Positions 50,017 through 59,067 of a DNA stretch of 64,000 bases are shown here, one piece after another. Each line of letters starts with the position of its first letter. Within the stretch, counting starts at the first letter, position 1. Both the position numbers and the translations under genes were made by a program. The notes under the pieces were generated by a model. That model ran no database searches. It worked only from the letters and a program-made list of their open reading frames with translations, and was not told the origin of the DNA. The stretch comes from an uncultured Dehalococcoidia bacterium (lineage in GTDB: Bacteria > Chloroflexota > Dehalococcoidia > DSTF01 > RBG-16-68-14), in NCBI GenBank assembly GCA_964406605.1, contig CAYOSF010000001.1:212303-276302 (forward strand), in the 5' to 3' direction.

Positions 50017-50275
50017 CTTAACAGAGCAACAGGGCGGGACCGTAGAAGCGCCGATGAGTGGTCAATGTCTCACGGGTCTTGCCGAATGGAGAAGTCAAGC
50101 AGCCAGCGACGGGTAGGACCGGCGGCGCCACGAGCCGGATCTTCCGAGCCGAGTGGCTGCCACGTGGTCGCGACCGACCCGGAGGAGGAGCCCGAGACGG
50201 CCGACGAAGAGGACGGCGCGAATGGCGAGCAGCGGCCGCACACCGCTGCCCTGAGACGGCTGCGGAGGTGAAGAG

Positions 50276-51943
50276 ATGATGTCAGAGCCGACGGTCGATG
50301 AGGAACTCGGTGTCGCAGTCGCCCAGCCGCCCCCCTGCATAGCTACGAGCCTGCGCGACATCGGCCGGGTGCGGGCGCAGCTCGCCGACCTGCACCCGGC
50401 GCGGTTCATGCCGCTGCCATACCCCTACAACACCCCGGAGGACCAGTTCTCGATCAAGCCCTTGACCGAGAGCGCGCGGCAGAACTTGGAGTGCGACCTG
50501 GACGGCACGTGCGCCATCCAGATCCCCAGGCCGAGCAGCAGGGCGCAGGAAGAGGAGTTGGTCCGGAAGTTCATCAACGGGCTGAGGAAGCTATTCTCCG
50601 CCGACGACAACTGGACCTTCCTGGGGCCGCTGATGCTCCGGCTGGACTACTGCGCCAAGTGCCAGACGTGCGCCGACGCGTGCCCGGTCTATGTTTCGAG
50701 CGGCCGGGAGGAGATCTACCGGCCGACGTACCGGTCGGAGATCTTCCGGCGGATCGTGAAGAAGTATGTGATGCCGGGGGGATTCCTGAGCGGGCTGACG
50801 GTCGGGGACATCGACCTGAACTGGCAGACACTGGCCCGGCTGGCGGAGCTGTCATATCGCTGCACCGTCTGCCGTCGCTGCGCCAAGGTGTGCCCTCTGG
50901 GCATCGGCAACGCCATGATCACTCGTGAGATCCGGAAGGTATTCAGCCAGGAGTTGGGGATAGCACCTGACGAGCTGCACCGGCTGGGCACGGTCCAGCA
51001 ACTGGAGACCGGCTCGAGCACGGGCATGATACCGGCGGCGTTCGCGGACACGGTGGAGTTCATGGAGGAGGACGTGGAGGATCGGGCGGGGATGAAGTTC
51101 AAGTGGCCGGTGGACAAAGAGGGGGCGGATGTGCTGCTGATCCACAATGCGGGCGAGTTCCTGTCGTGGCCGGAGAACGCGGAGGCGTTCGCGATCATTT
51201 TGGAGGCGGCGGGTGTCAGCTACACGCTCTCCAGCGAGCTTCTGGGATACGATTCTGTCAACTATGGCGTCTGGTACGACGATTTCCAGTTTGCGCGCGT
51301 GGCGCTGAAACACGCGGAGGTCGCGAAGAAGCTGGGCGTGAAGAAAATCGTCATAGGAGAGTGCGGCCATGCTCACAAAGCGCTTGCCGTCGTAGCGGAC
51401 CGAGTGCTGCCGCCCGAGCTGAACATCCCACGAGAGAGCTGCTTCACGTTCCTGGAGGACATTGTCGAGAGCGGCCGCTTGAAGCTGGACCCGGAGCGGA
51501 ACAACTTCCCCGTGACCCTCCACGACCCCTGCAACATCGTGAGACTGATGGGTGTGGTGGAGCCGCAGCGGAGGATTCTGCGCAAGATCGCGCCCCAGTT
51601 CCGGGAGATGTACCCGAACCGGACGGAGAACTACTGTTGCGGCGGCGGCAGCGGGTTCGCAGTCATCCAGGGACTCAACTTCCCGGACTGGCGGTCGGCA
51701 ATCGGCGGGAGGATGAAGTTCAAGCAGGTGCTGGAGGCATTCCAGGACACCAGGATTGACGATGAGTCCGTCGCCAAGTACGTGTGCTCACCTTGCTCCA
51801 ACTGCAAGGGTCAGTTCAGAGGCATCTACGAGTACTTCGATGCGACGAACAGGTGCGGTCTCCAGTACGGCGGCCTGGTGGAGTTGATCGTCAACGCCAT
51901 GGTGGACATGCCGAAGCCGTTCATGGAGTGGCAGCAGGAGTAG
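50276..51943 (+). CDS. Fe-S oxidoreductase of the HdrD/GlcF/GlpC family (two 4Fe-4S ferredoxin motifs and two CCG domains)
   Basis: The protein contains CAKCQTCADACP, CTVCRRCAKVCP and two Cys-rich CCG-type repeats (CGHAHK, CCGGGSG, CSPCSNCKGQ). A GGAGGTGA Shine-Dalgarno precedes the ATG. Confidence 0.8.
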   Translation: MMSEPTVDEELGVAVAQPPPCIATSLRDIGRVRAQLADLHPARFMPLPYPYNTPEDQFSIKPLTESARQNLECDLDGTCAIQIPRPSSRAQEEELVRKFINGLRKLFSADDNWTFLGPLMLRLDYCAKCQTCADACPVYVSSGREEIYRPTYRSEIFRRIVKKYVMPGGFLSGLTVGDIDLNWQTLARLAELSYRCTVCRRCAKVCPLGIGNAMITREIRKVFSQELGIAPDELHRLGTVQQLETGSSTGMIPAAFADTVEFMEEDVEDRAGMKFKWPVDKEGADVLLIHNAGEFLSWPENAEAFAIILEAAGVSYTLSSELLGYDSVNYGVWYDDFQFARVALKHAEVAKKLGVKKIVIGECGHAHKALAVVADRVLPPELNIPRESCFTFLEDIVESGRLKLDPERNNFPVTLHDPCNIVRLMGVVEPQRRILRKIAPQFREMYPNRTENYCCGGGSGFAVIQGLNFPDWRSAIGGRMKFKQVLEAFQDTRIDDESVAKYVCSPCSNCKGQFRGIYEYFDATNRCGLQYGGLVELIVNAMVDMPKPFMEWQQE

Positions 51944-52266
51944 GAGGCCGCTGCAAACGGGAGCGAGAATGATGCCACCACGGCATGGATGTCTCGCTCA
52001 CCATCCACTTCGGCGCGGGGCTGTCGGACAGCTTGCCGCGGCCGGACTCGAACGGTGAATAGCGGGCCGGCGGTCCTTGCCCGCGCCTGCCGATCATGTG
52101 CTACAGTCGTCGCTGACCGGCCAAGGAGCCTTTCCGGGCGGTTGACGTTGGGCGCCTGGGGCTAGAAGGGAGTGGCCTGGCTTCCTGCAATGCCTAGTGA
52201 CGCCGGCACGCAGGATGACAGGTTGTGATGGGTTCAGATGGTCTGTTGCGCCCAAGGAGGTGGAGC

Positions 52267-53745
52267 GTGACCGCGAGACACTTGGTGGCCCTCGCTGCTC
52301 TGGCACTCACGCCTGCCGTGATCGTTGCGTCGGCTTCGTTGTGGCTGGGACCCGCCGCGGCGACCGGGGGCAACGCCATCGAGTCGCCGGACACCGCGGG
52401 CTTCGTCGGCTTCTTCAGCTCGGTGGCGCTCGACGAGATGGGCTACCCGGTCGTCAGCTACTACGACATGACGAATGGTGATCTGAAGGTCCTGCACTGC
52501 AACGATGCGAATTGCAGCGGCGGCGACGAGACCATCACCTCGCTCGACACGGACGGTGACGTGGGCCAGTACACCTCGCTGGCACTGGACGGGAGCGGCT
52601 ACCCGGTCGTCAGCTACTACGATGCCAGCAATGGAGACCTGAAGATGCTGCACTGCAACGACCCGGATTGCAGCGGCGGCGACGAGAGCGTCACCTCGCC
52701 CGACACAGGCGGTGACGTGGGCCAGTACACCTCGCTGGCGCTGGACGGGAACGGAAACCCGGTCGTCAGCTACTGGGACGTCGCGAACGGTGACCTGAGG
52801 GTGCTGCACTGCAACGACCCGGACTGCAGCGGCGGAGACGAGAGCACTACGTCGCCCGACACCGTGGGCGTTGTCGGCTGCTTCACCTCGCTAGAGCTGG
52901 ACGCGAGCGGCCACCCAGTCGTCATCTACCGAGACGGCAGCAATGTGGATCTGAAGGTTCTGCACTGCGACGATCCGAATTGCGGCAGCGGTGGCGACAG
53001 CATCACGTCGCCCGATACTGTCGGCTACGTCGGCTACTCGGGCTCACTTGAGCTGGACGCGAGCGGCAACCCGGTGGCCAGCTACTACGACGGCACCAAC
53101 GGCGACCTCAAACTGATGCACTGCAACGACCCGAACTGCAGCGGAGACGATGAGAGCATCGTCTCACCGGACACAGGAGGGGACGTGGGCATGTTCACCT
53201 CGCTGGCGCTGGACGCGAGCGGCAACCCGGTCGTGGGCTACTACGACGCCACGAACGAGGATCTGAAACTGCTCCACTGCGGCGACGCCGATTGCACCTC
53301 ATCCAACACGCTGGTCTCACCGCACTCGGCCGGCTCCGTGGGCCAGGATACGTCTCTCACCCTGGATGGGAGCGGCAACCCAGTGGTTACGTATCATGAC
53401 GCGCCTGACTTCGATCTGTGGGTCCTTCATTGCGGCAACCCTACCTGCACGAAGGAGGCAGCCACACCCAGCCCGACCCCAACGTCCACCCCGACGCCGG
53501 CACCCGGCGGCGACGTGAACTGCGACGGCGGCGTGAACAGCATCGATGCGGCCCTTGTCCTCCAGTATGACGCCGCCGTTATCGGTTCGCTGCCCTGCCA
53601 AGAGGCCGCCGATGCAAGCCGGGACGGCGTCATCAATAGCATCGATGCCGCACTCATCCTGCAGCTTGAGGCGGGACTGATACCATCCCTGCCGTCGCAG
53701 AGAGGCGGGTCGACCGTGGCCGGCGAAATGCAGCGACGACCATGA
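52267..53745 (+). CDS. secreted repeat protein with a signal peptide, seven ~52-aa Cys-paired repeats (a putative beta-propeller), a Pro/Thr linker and a C-terminal dockerin domain
   Basis: An AAGGAGG Shine-Dalgarno lies 6 nt before a GTG start (MTARHLVALAALALTPAVIVASASLW). The repeat unit is VGxxTSLALDxSGNPVVSYYDxxNGDLKVLHCNDPxCSGGDExxTSPDTxGD, and the DNA periodicity is about 156 bp across roughly 52375-53455. A PTPTSTPTPAP linker follows. The end of the protein carries two dockerin-like Ca-binding segments, DVNCDGGVNSIDAALVLQ and DASRDGVINSIDAALILQ. Confidence 0.7.
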   Translation: MTARHLVALAALALTPAVIVASASLWLGPAAATGGNAIESPDTAGFVGFFSSVALDEMGYPVVSYYDMTNGDLKVLHCNDANCSGGDETITSLDTDGDVGQYTSLALDGSGYPVVSYYDASNGDLKMLHCNDPDCSGGDESVTSPDTGGDVGQYTSLALDGNGNPVVSYWDVANGDLRVLHCNDPDCSGGDESTTSPDTVGVVGCFTSLELDASGHPVVIYRDGSNVDLKVLHCDDPNCGSGGDSITSPDTVGYVGYSGSLELDASGNPVASYYDGTNGDLKLMHCNDPNCSGDDESIVSPDTGGDVGMFTSLALDASGNPVVGYYDATNEDLKLLHCGDADCTSSNTLVSPHSAGSVGQDTSLTLDGSGNPVVTYHDAPDFDLWVLHCGNPTCTKEAATPSPTPTSTPTPAPGGDVNCDGGVNSIDAALVLQYDAAVIGSLPCQEAADASRDGVINSIDAALILQLEAGLIPSLPSQRGGSTVAGEMQRRP

Positions 53746-55502
53746 CCAGCGAGGCCGGTCAGCAAGCGGCCTGGAGAAGGCGTTTTCTCGCGCCGGAGAT
53801 ATCCGTGCCCTTGTGGGCGCGGGACGAGCCGGACCGCTTGCTCTACTCGTCGAACGAGAGCGGCAAATGGGAGCTCTACGCCTGGGATCACAGGACGGAT
53901 AGCCACCGGCAGGTCACTGATCGGCCTGAGGGTACCCATCTTGGACGGCTCGACCCCGCGGGCGAGCGGATCTGGTGGTTCGACGATGAAAGGGGAAGCG
54001 AGTTCGGGCGGTGGGTGGTCGAACCATTCGAGGGAGGCGAACGCCGGACCGTCGAATTGCCGGCTGCCTACGAGGCCGGGCTGGCCATCGCGAGCTCCTT
54101 TGCCGTCGTCGGCTTGTCGAATAGTGACGGCAGCACAGTTCATCTCGTTCGAGAGGGCGGGGCTCCTCGAACGCTGTACCAGCATCGGGAGGACGCCCAC
54201 GTGGTTGGGTTATCCCGGGACGAGTCGCTCCTGTGCATCAATCACTCGGAGCACGGCGATAGCCGTCATCCGGCACTGCGGATGCTGAACCTGGACGGCG
54301 AGGCCGTCGCGGAACTCTGGGACGGTCCGGGCAAAGGGCTCTGGGGCGTCCGTTGGTCGCCGGTTGCCGGCGATCAGCGGATACTGATCATGCACGAGCG
54401 GCAGGGTCTGCGTCGCCCGCTCGTATGGACACCCAGCAGCGACGAGGTGCTCGAACCCCATATAGACCTGCCCGGAGAGGTGGCGGCCGGCTGGTACCCG
54501 GACGCGTCGGCCCTGCTGCTGACTCACCGTTACCGCGGTCGAGACGAACTTTATCGCCTGGACTTGGAGAACGGCGGCACGGAGCAGCTCAGGATCGAGC
54601 CGGGTGCTGCTGCCTCTGCCAGGGTGCGACCCGACGGTGAGATCTGGTACTCGTGGTCGAGCTCCGCGGCACCGCCGGAAATGCGGGCGGGCGCCCGCGT
54701 CCTGCTCCACCCGCCGGGCGAGCCTGCGCCAGGAGGTGTTCGCTACTCCGATCATGACGTCGATGGAGTGCACTTCTTCCTGGCGGAGCCGGGGCGGCCC
54801 AGACCGCATCCGACCATCTTCGTCGTCCACGGCGGTCCCGCGGGTGTGGACTGGGACGCGTTCTCGCCGCGCAACCAGGCCTGGGTCGACCACGGCTTCG
54901 CAGTGGTGCTGGTCAACTACCGGGGGAGCGGCGGGTACGGGCAGGCATGGCGCGATGCGCTGGAGGGCAACCCCGGCCTTACGGAGCTGGAGGACATCGA
55001 CAAGGTGCACGACTGGGTCGTTGCCAATGGGATGGCCGAGCGGGAGCGGGTTGTTCTTGCCGGAGCGTCCTGGGGCGGGTACCTGACGCTGCTGGGCTTG
55101 GGCACCCAGCCCGAGCGGTGGTCGCTCGGGATCGCCGTCGTGCCGGTGGCCGACTACGTGGCGGCCTTCGAGGACGAGATGGAGCCGCTGAAGGCCTTCG
55201 ACCGGGCGCTGTTCGGCGGCTCGCCGGAAGAGATCCCGGACGTGTACAAGGAGCGGTCGCCCATCACGTACGTGGACCGCGTGCGGGTGCCGGTGCTGAT
55301 CCTCGCGGGTGAGAACGATCCCCGCTGCCCGGTCCGCCAGATCGATAACTACATCGCAAGGCTGGCGGAACTGGGCAAGCCGCACGAGGTCTATCGGTAC
55401 GAGGCCGGCCACGGTTCGCTGGTGATGGAGGAGCGGATCCGGCAGGTGGAAGTGCAGCTTTCCTTCGCCGCGCGGCATCTCGGTACGCGGCCGCCGCAAT
55501 AG
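53742..55502 (+). CDS. S9-family serine peptidase (prolyl oligopeptidase / acylaminoacyl-peptidase-like) with an N-terminal beta-propeller
   Basis: The protein contains GASWGG (G-x-S-x-G) and shows a downstream Asp and a His (EAGHGS). It overlaps the upstream gene's stop as ATGA. No signal peptide is evident. Confidence 0.85.
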   Translation: MTSEAGQQAAWRRRFLAPEISVPLWARDEPDRLLYSSNESGKWELYAWDHRTDSHRQVTDRPEGTHLGRLDPAGERIWWFDDERGSEFGRWVVEPFEGGERRTVELPAAYEAGLAIASSFAVVGLSNSDGSTVHLVREGGAPRTLYQHREDAHVVGLSRDESLLCINHSEHGDSRHPALRMLNLDGEAVAELWDGPGKGLWGVRWSPVAGDQRILIMHERQGLRRPLVWTPSSDEVLEPHIDLPGEVAAGWYPDASALLLTHRYRGRDELYRLDLENGGTEQLRIEPGAAASARVRPDGEIWYSWSSSAAPPEMRAGARVLLHPPGEPAPGGVRYSDHDVDGVHFFLAEPGRPRPHPTIFVVHGGPAGVDWDAFSPRNQAWVDHGFAVVLVNYRGSGGYGQAWRDALEGNPGLTELEDIDKVHDWVVANGMAERERVVLAGASWGGYLTLLGLGTQPERWSLGIAVVPVADYVAAFEDEMEPLKAFDRALFGGSPEEIPDVYKERSPITYVDRVRVPVLILAGENDPRCPVRQIDNYIARLAELGKPHEVYRYEAGHGSLVMEERIRQVEVQLSFAARHLGTRPPQ

Positions 55503-55510
55503 CGCGGGGT

Positions 55511-58500
55511 CTACCGGAAGCTGTGCGTGCGCTCGTGGGGCACGCGGGCGTCATCGAGCGGCAGCCGCTCCATGCGCTGCGTGACGACGTTGACCGCGCG
55601 CTCCTGCCGCTCGATGTGGCCGTGGACGATGAGGGCGCCCGCCTCGGTGACGAGCTGCTTGTAGCGCCGGACCAGGCCCGGGTTGGTGATGACGTTGATC
55701 AGCCCGTAGCGGTCTTCCAGCGTGTGGAAGACGAATCCCTTCGCGGTCTCCGGCGCTTGGCGGACGGCGACGAAACCGGCGACCGTCACCTTCGTTCCGT
55801 GTTCGAGCCGCTCGACGATGTGGCTGGGCGTGATGCCTTCGTGCAATGCGCCCGTGGCCAGGTCCGTGATGTGGCCGCGCGTGGAGACGGCGCCCTCCGT
55901 GAGGACGAGGTCCTCGCGCACCCGCTCGCCGTCGTTCATCTCCAGTAGCGTCACCATCTCGGCTTCGTAGGGGAGAGCGAGGGGAGACTGCGCGCCCAGG
56001 GGCTGGTAAAAGAGACCGAGCTGCCAGAGCAGCTCTCGCTCGTGGAGTCCGGTGAAGGCGAAGGCGCCGAGACGGATCAAGTGTTCGATCGGCTCCCGGG
56101 GGAGGCGGGTGCGATGCCAGAAGTCCCAGAGGGAGAGGTAGAGGCCCCGATCTGAGCTTGCCGAACCGTTGTGTCCCGGCGGAGTGTAGTGGGTGCTCTG
56201 GGCAGCGGGCTCCTCCGTCATTCTGAGCGCCAGCGAAGGATCCGGCCTTTGTGGAGAGGAGGCTTTCGAAGGGCTAGACCCTTCGCTTCGCTCAGGGTGA
56301 CCGAGGGTTTGATGCGCCTCCTCGTCCAATCGCTTGAGGGCCGCCTCGCCGATTCCCTTGACATAATTGAACCCGAGACGGATCGCATCATCTTTCCCCT
56401 CGGCGGGCGGGCTCTCGATGATGCATTCCGAGCGGCTGCGGTTGACGTCGACGCCCAGGATCTCGACGCCGTTGCGGCGCGCCTCGTTGACGACGACGCC
56501 GGGGCTGTAGAAGCCGAAGGGCCACTCGTTGAGCCAGGCGCAGTAGAACTCCAGTGGGTAGTAGCGCTTCACCCAGGCGAGCTTGCCGGCCGTCTCCGCC
56601 ATCGCCGCGGCGTGCGCCTTGGGGAAGCCGAACTCGGCGAAGGCGAGGATCTTGCCGAAGATGCGCTGGGCCGTCGCCTCGTCCACCAGGCCCTTCTGGC
56701 GGGCGCTCTCCAGGAACGTCTCCCGCAGCCGCTCCATCTCCTCCCGCGAGCGCTTGCGACTCATCGCGCGGCGCAGGCTCTCGGCCTGGCCCGCCGTGAA
56801 GCCGGCGACGGCCATCGCTACCTCCAGGACCTGCTCCTGGAAGACGATGACGCCTTTGGTCTCGCTCAAGATCGGCTCCAGGCACTCGTGGTCATAGGTG
56901 ACCGGCTCCGCGCCCTGGCAGCGCAGGATGTAGGGGTTGACGGCGCCGCCCTGGATGGGACCAGGCCGGATGAGGGCGACCTGGATCACCAGGTCCTCGA
57001 TGGAGCTGATCTTGAGGCGCAGGATCGCCTGGAGCTGGGCGCGGCTCTGGATCTGGACGATACCCAGGATGTCGCCGCGCTGGATCATCTCATAGACCTG
57101 CGGGTCGTCGAGGGGGACGCGCACGGGGTCGATGCGGCGGCCGTGGCGCTCCTCGATGAGCTGGAGGGAGCGGTAGAGGTGGCCCAGGCTGGGGTAGCCG
57201 AGGAAGTCCATCTTGATGAAGCCGGCGTCGGCCACGGAGTCCTTGTCCCACTGGCAGATGTAGCGGCCGTCCATAGCCGAGGGCTGGACCGGCACCTGCT
57301 CGACGATCGGGGTGCTGGAGATGATGACGCCGCCGGAGTGCTGGCTGAGGTGGCGGGGCTTGCCGCGCAACTCCTCTACCAACCGCACGAACTCGCGCCA
57401 GACCGGCGCGTGCATCCGGCTCCGGAACTCAGGCATCGCCTGCATCTCCTCGACCAGGGAGTGAGCGAAGCGACGCCGCATCCGTTTGGCCAGCTTGTCG
57501 ACGTCGGCCTCCGGCAGCCCCAGGGCTTTGCCCACGTCGCGGATCGCCATCGGGTAGCGATAGGTGATGACGTTGGCGACGAGCGCCGCCCGCTCCGTGC
57601 CGTAGGTGGCGAAGACGTGCTCGAACATCCGCTCGCGGGCGTCGCGGGCGAAGTCGAGGTCGATGTCGGGCACGTCCTCCTTCTGGCGGGCTTCATTGAG
57701 GAAGCGGCCGACGAAGAGATCGTACTTGATCGGGTCGATGCCGGAGAGTCCCAGCAGGTAGCAGACCAGAGACCCGACGGAGGAGCCCCGGCCCCGGGCC
57801 GGCAGCTCGTGTTCGTGGGCGTAGCGCATCAGCTCCCAGTTGCGCAGGAAGAAGCCGGCCTGGCCGGCCTGCCGGATCAGGTCCAGCTCGTGGCGGAGTC
57901 GATCTTTCACTTTGGGCGCGGCCCAGCCGTAGAGCTCGCGGGCGCTGGCGAGGCAGACCTCCTCGAGGAACTCGTCGGCTGTCCTGCCCGCGGGCGCTTC
58001 GAAGTCGGGAAAGCGATAGGTCAGGTCGCGGGTGAGGTCAAAGCCCTGCCCTGAGCTTGTCGAAGGGGCCTGGGGCGCGCCCTGAGCGAAGCCGAAGGGC
58101 GGCTGGTTGTTATTCTCTGGGGTGGGGTTGGCGCTGTAGGGGCCGGATTCTTCGCTTCGCTCAGAATGACAGTTGGGAACGCAGCGCTCGGCGATGACGA
58201 GGGTGTTGCTGATCGCCTCCGGCAGGTCGGCGAAGAGGGCGGTCATCTCCTGCGGCGGCTTCAGGTAGAACTCCGCGTTCTTGCGACGCAGCCGCTCCGA
58301 GGCGTCCAGCGTGGTGCGGTGGCGCACGGCCACCAGCACGTCCTGAAGTCGATGGCGGGCGCGCTCGTGGTAGTGGACGTTGTTGGTGGCGACGACGCCC
58401 AGGCCGAGATCCCGGGCCAGCGCCACGAGGCCCCGGTTGCGGGGCCGGTCGCCGTAGACCAAGTTGTCCTGGAGCTCGATCCAGAAGCCCTCCCGGCCGA

Positions 58501-59002
58501 ACAGATCCAGGTAGCGGCCGGCGGCCCGGTGCGCGCCTTCGATGTCTCCGGCGGCGACGAGGCGGGGCACCTCGCCCTGCCGACAGCCGGAGAGGGCGAT
58601 GAGCCCCTCGGTGTGTCCGGCGAGGGCTTCCGGGTCGAGGACGGGCTCGTCACGCGGGCTGGAGAGATGGGCCTGCGAGAGGAGGCGGCTCAGGTTGGCG
58701 TAGCCGCGCGGCGTCTCAGCGAGCAGAGTGAGGTGATGACTTGTAGGGGCGCACGATTGTGCGTCCCTACCTGGCGATGTGCCACCACGAAGGGTCACCT
58801 CGGCGCCGATGATCGGGCGGACGCCCCACTCCTTGGCCGCCTGGGCGAACTCCATTGCGCCGGCCAGGCCGTCGTGGTCGGTGAGCGCAAGCGCCGGGTA
58901 GCCGAGCCGGCGCGCCTCGAGCACCAGTTCGAGCGGCGTGGAGGCGCCTTCCCGGAAGGAGAAGCAGGAATGGCAGTGGAGCTCAACGTAGGATGTGTTC
59001 AT
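55511..59002 (-). CDS. dnaE2: DnaE-type DNA polymerase III alpha subunit, probably the error-prone DnaE2/ImuC type, carrying two in-frame repeat-element insertions
   Basis: The PHP domain reads MNTSYVELHCHSCFSFREGASTPLELV, followed by the pol-beta-like and finger regions and an OB-fold near the C-terminus (HTLEDRYGLINVITNP). The protein ends about 20 aa after the OB-fold with no tau-binding tail. Its native length after removing about 100 inserted residues is about 1060 aa. A catalytically dead imuB-type Y-family polymerase gene lies 2.3 kb away. The DnaE2 assignment is inference with confidence about 0.6; the DnaE-family call is solid. Confidence 0.85.
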   Translation of the reverse strand: MNTSYVELHCHSCFSFREGASTPLELVLEARRLGYPALALTDHDGLAGAMEFAQAAKEWGVRPIIGAEVTLRGGTSPGRDAQSCAPTSHHLTLLAETPRGYANLSRLLSQAHLSSPRDEPVLDPEALAGHTEGLIALSGCRQGEVPRLVAAGDIEGAHRAAGRYLDLFGREGFWIELQDNLVYGDRPRNRGLVALARDLGLGVVATNNVHYHERARHRLQDVLVAVRHRTTLDASERLRRKNAEFYLKPPQEMTALFADLPEAISNTLVIAERCVPNCHSERSEESGPYSANPTPENNNQPPFGFAQGAPQAPSTSSGQGFDLTRDLTYRFPDFEAPAGRTADEFLEEVCLASARELYGWAAPKVKDRLRHELDLIRQAGQAGFFLRNWELMRYAHEHELPARGRGSSVGSLVCYLLGLSGIDPIKYDLFVGRFLNEARQKEDVPDIDLDFARDARERMFEHVFATYGTERAALVANVITYRYPMAIRDVGKALGLPEADVDKLAKRMRRRFAHSLVEEMQAMPEFRSRMHAPVWREFVRLVEELRGKPRHLSQHSGGVIISSTPIVEQVPVQPSAMDGRYICQWDKDSVADAGFIKMDFLGYPSLGHLYRSLQLIEERHGRRIDPVRVPLDDPQVYEMIQRGDILGIVQIQSRAQLQAILRLKISSIEDLVIQVALIRPGPIQGGAVNPYILRCQGAEPVTYDHECLEPILSETKGVIVFQEQVLEVAMAVAGFTAGQAESLRRAMSRKRSREEMERLRETFLESARQKGLVDEATAQRIFGKILAFAEFGFPKAHAAAMAETAGKLAWVKRYYPLEFYCAWLNEWPFGFYSPGVVVNEARRNGVEILGVDVNRSRSECIIESPPAEGKDDAIRLGFNYVKGIGEAALKRLDEEAHQTLGHPERSEGSSPSKASSPQRPDPSLALRMTEEPAAQSTHYTPPGHNGSASSDRGLYLSLWDFWHRTRLPREPIEHLIRLGAFAFTGLHERELLWQLGLFYQPLGAQSPLALPYEAEMVTLLEMNDGERVREDLVLTEGAVSTRGHITDLATGALHEGITPSHIVERLEHGTKVTVAGFVAVRQAPETAKGFVFHTLEDRYGLINVITNPGLVRRYKQLVTEAGALIVHGHIERQERAVNVVTQRMERLPLDDARVPHERTHSFR
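56217..56301. mobile_element. MITE-like palindromic element (copy B) inserted in-frame in dnaE2
   Basis: The plus-strand sequence is GTCATTCTGAGCGCCAGCGAAGGATCCGGCC...CCCTTCGCTTCGCTCAGGGTGAC. The terminal inverted repeats are about CCCTGAGCGAAGCGAAGG. The element is read through as HPERSEGSSPSKASSPQRPDPSLALRMTEE in the polymerase. Confidence 0.6.
58045..58172. mobile_element. MITE-like palindromic element (copy A, opposite orientation to B, with a partial extra TIR copy) inserted in-frame in dnaE2
   Basis: The coding-strand sequence is GTCATTCTGAGCGAAGCGAAGAATCCGGCC...CCCTTCGGCTTCGCTCAGGG. This gives about 85% identity to copy B over the ends. It is read through as CHSERSEESGPYSANPTPENNNQPPFGFAQGAPQAPSTSSG, between the conserved AERC and FDLTRDLTYRFP segments. 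Confidence 0.6.
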
Positions 59003-59067
59003 CGGTATACAGTGATGCCGATCTGGTATATACTAATGGTGACCTTGTATTAACTGAGAGGTGCATC

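Noticed and set aside
50058-50279. Small ORFs (68-73 aa) in the leader between the operator and the Fe-S gene, considered as annotated CDS
   Set aside because: There is no recognisable Shine-Dalgarno, the composition is Arg-rich as expected from GC frame effects, and there is no domain. They are kept only as a hypothesis inside the finding.
56150-58180. The dnaE2 inserts interpreted as inteins
   Set aside because: The inserts are only about 30-50 aa. They lack intein splicing blocks (an N-terminal C/S with the TxxH motif, and a C-terminal HN followed by C/S/T), and no homing-endonuclease domain is present. At DNA level they have terminal inverted repeats and occur in both orientations, which fits MITEs, not inteins.
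59003-59067. LexA-type box upstream of dnaE2
   Set aside because: No GAAC-N4-GTTC is present. Only GTATAC-type palindromes occur, and these are more likely a VapB operator. SOS control of dnaE2 is therefore not supported by sequence.
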